Shown here: positions 57,777 through 64,000 of the stretch, piece by piece
Layout of the letters: each line of letters opens with the position of its first letter
How positions within the stretch are numbered: position 1 is the first letter of the stretch
DNA from: Psilocybe cubensis
Lineage: Eukaryota
DNA length: 64,000 nt
Direction of reading: 5' to 3'
NCBI GenBank assembly: GCA_017499595.2
Contig: CM039008.1
Location: 1,736,001 to 1,800,000 of the forward strand
Made by a program: the position numbers and the translations under genes
The notes under the pieces: generated by a model
Databases searched by the model: none
What the model saw: the letters and a program-made list of their open reading frames with translations, nothing else
What the model was told of the DNA's origin: nothing

Positions 57777-60700
57777 CTACAAAAACGTGAACCCCTTCGA
57801 CCTCGAAAAGTCCACTCCATTCTTCAACTGCTCAAGCGTCAAAAATATCAAAATCGTCGTTGGCTGAAGACGCGTCCACGCAGGCACCCATCCCTTGAAC
57901 ATGAACATCGGTCCGTCCGCTTTCATCGATGCGCGGATGACGCCTAGTGTTGACTGTTATTGTTATTAATCAAGTATTGTTTTTTTAAAGATTTTTGTGA
58001 AGGTAGCGTTAGTACGATGTGTGGAGAGTAAAATTGGATAGAGAACGTACGTTCGAGCCAGGTCCGGATGCATTCATAATTCGGCTCTACATAACATAAA
58101 CCACAACATCAATCATCATGTACAACTACAACGCGAAACACAAAATCAAAAAACCCACCTTTAGCACATCAGCAGGCGAGCACACAGTCGTAGCCACAGT
58201 TCCCTACAAACCCAAGCCAATCAGTCCAACATCAAGAAAGAAAGAAAGCCAAAAAAAAGACGAACAGCAGCAAAACTAGCAGTAAAATGACACATAATGT
58301 TATCATCAAAATACTTAGTCTTCAACAACTCCGCCTTGAAGAAATCGTATCTGCAAACATCAACGCAATACACGGTCAGAGACAGAGATACGCGGTTGTA
58401 AAAGCGAACGTGGAAAATAATAACGTACGAAGCGAGTTGACTGGCGTTCATCAACACAGCACGGAAGACGTTAGGTGTAACTCCACGACCAAGGGACGAT
58501 ACACCTTCCTCTCTCACCATCTGAAAATGAGAAATTCAAGGCATTAGTAACATGCAATAGGACGAGTAAAAACCCCTTCGAAAAGAACCATCTCCAACCC
58601 CTTCCCCCCCAAAAAAAAATTAACCCAACGATAACCCAACGAGGCTCTGAAAATCATAGCAGACCCATAATGTATAACGGCTTTTTACCCCTGATCCAGC
58701 CCAATGATGCCGGATCACCGTCCCAGGACCTACGTCATCACTTAGCAATGATATCATCCCACCAACGCCGACGATCAAAGCATCAATGCTCTTACCCCCT
58801 AACCGGTAGCCCCTAACCCCTAATTCGCCCACAGTCGAACCACCACAAACGTCCCTGAAAGCTTCCAGAGTACCCAAATCGCGCATATACGAACCCAACC
58901 TGCGCAACGCCACCAACCCAGAAACGCAACCAACCAACGCAACCAAAAACGAACCAAGCAACCAAAAAGCCAACCAACCAAAAAAAAAATCCAAAGAGCC
59001 AAAGAACCAAAACCCAAGAACCCAAAATCCCAAAATCCCAAAAAACATGCAAAGAAAAAACCTGCAAAGAAAAACCTGCAAAAACTCACCCTAAAAAGCG
59101 CATCAAAACAATGCTTATAATTGAACCTCTTCTCAGGTGGCTTCGCAAAGTCTCCCTGGAGCCGCACCATCACGATCTCTGTTAACAAAAAAGGGTATTA
59201 GGTTCAGTACGGCGGATGCACGTAGATGTAGATGTGGATGTGGATGGGTATGTGGATGTGGATGCGTACCTCCGGGGTTTCCGATGAGACCTGCGATACC
59301 ACCAGCTGTAAGATGTAAGATGAGATGGGCGGTGTTAGCATTGTACTCGTGCATCCAAATCACAAAGCTAAAAAAGGACAGCAAAAGAAGAAGAAGAAGA
59401 AGAAGAAGAAGAAAAAAAGGGAAATAGGGAAATAGGGAGGAAAGCGAAAGCCAGTACCAGAACCAGCACCAGAACCAGGACTAAAGAAAGAAACAGCGTG
59501 GTAGTAGAACCCAGCAAAAAAAAGAGTGGGTCCAAGAAAAACGCGTATCCCAACCTAAACCCAACCCAATCGAAAGCTAAGCGCCCACTGGCCCGCTCGC
59601 TACACCAATCAAAAACACAAAACAGAGCAGGGCAGAGTAAACCCTCCATCTCCATCTCCATCTCCATCACCCAATCCAACTCAATTCAAAAAAAAGTCAA
59701 AAGGCAAAGGCAAAAGTCAAAAGTAACGCGGGTCGGGTCGAACGCGTTTCCCGCCTACTCCGTACACGTACGCGTACATGTACGCGTCTCGCCAAACCCA
59801 TAACCGAACCCTCAACCGGCGGCAAATCAACTTCCACGAATCCGGGTAGAAATAGAGGTAAAGGTCAAGGCATAGGTAAAGGTAGGGTGCCTGGCCTGGC
59901 GCGAAGTTTAAATTCCTCCATGGGATGGTGGGATGGTGGAGAGGCCCCACTTGCGAGTCCAGTCCAGAGTCGGGAGTTGGGAATTGGGAGTCGGGATGTG
60001 AGTGTGGGAAGGGGAGTGGGACTGTACTCGGACCCGGCAACAGACACGGACACGGAGACGAAATGAAAACGAACAGGGTAAAATCCAATAGCAAAGTCAA
60101 AGCAAAACGAAAAAAAAATGAAAGCAAACTGAAAAAAAAAAAAAAACCAAACTCTGGCAAAAAAACACAAAAAAACACAACCCACCCATACTCCCAGCCG
60201 CCGCCAACTTCCACGCCGGCGCGTCCGGACCAGCGCCGAGGATCTTCTTGCTCTCGTCGTAGGCCCAGAAGCGGCACATCGAGTAAGACATTTGGCGGAG
60301 CCATGTGCCGGATATGCCGTCGAAGAGGCCGCGGACGCCTGTGTGGTGTCAGCGCCAGGTTATGAAGTTTAATTGGTTGGCGTTGGTGTTGGTGAGGGTT
60401 GGGTGCGTGTAAAGTATTGGGTTTGGACGCGGTGTGTATGTGGTGTAGTGTAGTTGAAGGTTGAAGGTTTGACGATGGAGGAAATGCGGTGGGAAACGGT
60501 TGATCAGCGATCGAGTCGTTAATTCAATTCATGAACAATACAATGACGTGACCCCCGTCCGTCCGTTGCGATGCGATCAACTGGACAACGAGGGGGTGGG
60601 GTAATAGAGATAATAGCGTACCTGCTGTCGAATACGTCTTCTTGATACTCTGAATCATGCGCTTATCGCCCGAGGCCTGTAGGCGGACTTTGGTCAGATC

Positions 60701-60909
60701 CAGGGGGCTATACGACAAAACAAACACGAGGGTGAGTGTGAGTGGATCGCAGGACCGAAGATTGGAACTGGAACGCACTGGGTGATGGAGGCGGCGATGG
60801 TGGCTGCTACACCGCCGAGCCAGAATGGGTAGGGCTGTTTCTTGGGTTTGGCGGGTGCGAGCGCGGCGGGGGCGGCTGCTTCGATCGGGGGTGTTGTGGT
60901 GGATGCCAT
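57777..60909 (-). CDS. DIC1: Mitochondrial dicarboxylate carrier (SLC25 family), about 10 exons
   Basis: YPFWLGG, PLDLTKVRLQ, LRQMSYSMCRF, GNPG/EIVMVRLQGD, RAVLMNASQLASYD, CSPADVLK/SRIMN, FKGWVPAWTRLQP: three carrier repeats with Dic1-type signatures. Confidence 0.92.
58668..58872 (-). ncRNA. Candidate intronic H/ACA-type RNA in the DIC1 intron
   Basis: Hand-folded hairpin, then AGAGCA (H box, 58792-58787), a second hairpin, then ACA+3 nt (58673-58668); sense to the host intron. Many G-U pairs, not verified computationally. Confidence 0.35.
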
Positions 60910-63900
60910 TGGATTTTTGGGTGTGTGTGTGTGTTGATCTATGCGATGCTGGTCACTGTGCTGTGCTGTGGTGCGCTTGTTAGATGTGGTTTGGTAAGGA
61001 ACTGGGTGGGTGAGAAAGACTTGCCAGTGCTCTACGGTTGTATGGGTGGATCTAGATGGACGGAAAGGTGGGCACCCAGGGGAAGGAAGGGAGGAAGGCG
61101 GGGTAAGGAAAGGAGATAGAAGGAAAGAAGGGAGGAGAGGAATCAGGTAAAGGCAGAGAGACTAGTTAAATAAGAGACGGACACGAGTGTGTACTCGGAA
61201 TTGTGGGTCGTGTGCAGGGGCGGTTGAAACAGAGTTTACTATGTACTACTCGAGTCTTGACAAGCGAGAAAGGAGAAGTAATGCTGGCCCTATGTTTAGG
61301 CGAGGCTCGCTCGGTGCAGCGTCGGTAGGTTCAAGTTGGATGGATGAGAATAGAGGGAAGCATTCTTCTTGAAGGACGACTGCCTGCTATGAATAGCGCG
61401 CTCGGCTCTTGACTCCGTTGGACCATCCAGATCTGGCTCGTTCGGGAGATGAGTCCATTTCGTACCGCAGTGGGAAGGATGAGTGACAACAACACTTTCC
61501 TTCCTTTCCTGTAAATAGTCACCTGCCTCGATGATCTCATGATCTCCATCCCTGCACCTCACTCAATCCCTCTGCTCTATCCTCAACGCTCAACTAGTAG
61601 ATAACAAGTATTCTATAATTAACCCACCTCTACCCCGCATTATATCTCTTAGCTCTCTGTGGGGTACGTACAGCCTACAGGCACCTTGAATTCGATCCAA
61701 TTACCAATTCTTCTCCCAGCGTCATCTGCCTTCTCACCGGCACCTGCTACACTCGCCCCATATATATCCTTTATCCCATCCCTTGCGCCTCCTTCACAAA
61801 TTCATCTATCATCCACTCACGGAAGGATGGATCGCGATCCCTCTCCCGCGGCGGAACCCCTTGACAGTGTCAGTCAATGTCATATATCCTCCTCACCACC
61901 TCAATTCACAATCCGAATCGACCCGACATGGGCATATGTCATTGATTCCAATTCGCCTTTTTCCGCTCAAGGGTCCGACTCTTCTGGCGCATCGAATGTC
62001 TTGGTTGCTCTAGAGTCAGACTAGAGTCCAAACAAGTTCGACGCATCGTTCCTTCTTTTCTGTCCATTCATCTGCTTCTCATTCATTTATCACAAGCTCA
62101 GGCTCTCAACCCAGAAAGGGAGCTTGAACGAACGATGACCGTCACCTACCTCACCCGCTATCACGTATCGACGCATCGACACATGGCTATACTATCTATA
62201 CTATTATATTCCACCCGTCATGGAAGCTATCACCGACAATCAAAAGAGAAGACTAGAGACATATATACTTAGCACGCACACCAACGTGCTATGTATAACA
62301 AGCACCAGCACGAGCGCGATCGTCCCGGGCTACAAAAGACACGGACACGGACACGGACGTGTATGCGCATGCGCCCGCGCAGGCTATACTTACAACCGCC
62401 TCGCAACGTTCCACGTCACCCTCCATTCCCTTAACCTTTCCCTCCACTCCATAGTTTCACTGGCATTTCAATTGATAACAACACATCCAAACGACGTGAA
62501 ATTTATCAATGAATTGAATGACCGTACGAGGGAACAATTTCTCTCGTCTTCAGATCCGGTAACCTTCAACTGTATGTATCAGCTCTTTAGTCGTTTCTCA
62601 TCTCTCACATTTCACATCTCGCATTTTTTTTCACGTCTTTTTCAGGTTGCAGAATGTGTCTGCTTCGGCTGCAGAACTTTCGAGATCGAAATAGCGCAGG
62701 TGGCAGTGAGGCGTCCGCAACAACCTCGGCGCGTCCGTATACCCAAATATCTACGAATATATGCGAGCATATCATGCTCTAATATTATCACAGTGATACG
62801 CAATGCGCATAATCACGCATGGCACACATCTCTCATACCTTTTATTTATTATTTATTATTTCTTTTGATTCAGTTTTTTCATTCGTTTTTTCAGCGAGAC
62901 CAACTGTAACTGCCAGTCACGGTCTTTTGGATGGACATTGCCAGTGGACCACGCCCGACTGACCGACCGCCCGCCCGCCCGCCCGCGTCTCATTGACAAA
63001 CTCGAGATTTTCGCGTCGTCTGCGTCTGCGTCTCCTTCTCCTTCTCTTTTTCCGTCTAAATCCTTTTCACAGCACACCCCTGCATCCATCCATGCATTCA
63101 TTTATCCCCCAACAACCAAAAGAAGAAGAAGAAGAAGAAGGAGATGTGTACGTATACCTACCACTCACCCAGCGGCACTGCGCATTTTGCACTCAGCACT
63201 TCAAGTTGGCACTCTGCCAGTAAACCATTCATCCAAGTCGAAACGTTGAAACGGAAGGCCTATTCCGAAGATGCCAGTGTTCGTGTTTGTGCTCTTACTA
63301 TACCGTAGAACCCCTCCGCTCCCCATCCTCATCATCGTTATAGTTATCATCCTTCTCATCCTCCTCATTATAACTATCATCAATATCATCAACTGCTCAT
63401 GCCGGACGCTCCTACGACTCGGACTCGGACTCGGACTTGGACTCGGACTATCTGCGTCTTATTCTTACCTTGTGCTCTCGCTTTAACTGTCGTTCTGGCT
63501 TTGGCTGTTAGGCTCGGTATAATAGGTTAGGTTAGAGTCGTGCCAGACCGCAGACCGCAGATCAACCACCATTGCATTGGCATTGGCAGCGCGACGGCTC
63601 CCAAGTCCGCTGTGCGCTCCTTGAAAACGATCCTTGTTGTCGTCCCGCTGGCGATTCACGAGGGCCTACTTCTACTTGATCTTGGCTGATGACGACTGAG
63701 GTACTGAGGCCCGGGATTATGTGTGTAATTTGTGCTGCAGCTTGTTGTGTAGCGTTTGGTTGATTCTATATACGCTCTACGATGTTCTGTGTTCTGTGTT
63801 CTGAACGGAAAATCGTGTCATACAGGCCACACTCATCTACATCTACATTCCCAGTCGCATGCGAAGCACCCCTCACCCCTCACACCTCTTCCCTTCTCCC

Positions 63901-64000
63901 CCTTTGGCGCATATGCATACATGCATATAAATATAAATATACATACACACATGAATGTATTGCATAGATGGTAGGGTGGCGAGGCACAAGGCACAAGGTG

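Larger units (their letters stand above)
57100..64000. repeat. Microsatellite and low-complexity-rich zone
   Basis: (AGA)n at ~59386 and ~63121, (GGACAT)n ~57366, (GGACTC)n ~63420, (GATGTG)n ~59230, (CCATCT)n ~59646, and long A-runs. Confidence 0.8.

Noticed and set aside
58790-58825. CCCCTAACCCCTAA as a telomerase RNA template or interstitial telomere
   Set aside because: Only two to three imperfect units, antisense to the host gene, the organism's telomere repeat is unknown, and no pseudoknot was seen.
58641-58880. Intronic island as U3, RNase P/MRP, SRP RNA, C/D snoRNA, hammerhead or group I intron
   Set aside because: Only partial words match (CTTTCAGGGA, GTGATGA); the required partner motifs (box A remainder, P4 halves, CTGA box D, GAAA core, R/S elements) are absent.
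58620-60365. Long F/L/G-rich and K/R-rich ORFs inside DIC1
   Set aside because: They are translations of simple-repeat intron sequence.
61659-63974. ORFs at 61659, 62220 (229 aa) and the acidic scrap near 63300
   Set aside because: Low complexity, no motifs and no consistent exon chain; they may be UTR or intergenic DNA.

Overview
Intron-rich eukaryotic nuclear DNA with short GT-AG introns, micro-exons and gene families typical of a mushroom-forming basidiomycete (Agaricomycete). The species cannot be determined from the sequence. The window holds about 20 protein genes or relics: F-box-like protein, CFEM/GPI protein, Aim32/Apd1-like ferredoxin, Hsp20, MYND-finger protein, 4-TM protein, F-box/WD40 protein, UDP-glycosyltransferase, BEACH protein, mitochondrial dicarboxylate carrier, three non-RD protein kinases and three DUF6533-like multi-TM proteins. 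It also has an intron-containing tRNA-Arg(ACG). Accessory stretches are 3.7-14 kb (disrupted gene fragments including a KDZ-transposase C-terminal relic) and 51.5-55 kb (non-autonomous DNA transposons with readable TIRs and TSDs, one nested inside another). Two observations stand out. (1) A head-to-head module of a HAD-type non-RD kinase and a DUF6533-like membrane protein appears to be duplicated, marked by a shared 14-bp upstream motif; the second copy is being destroyed by a deletion and insertions. (2) Two unusually long introns of the carrier gene contain structured islands, one with hairpin-H-hairpin-ACA topology. Exon boundaries and RNA folds were read by eye and no database search was run.
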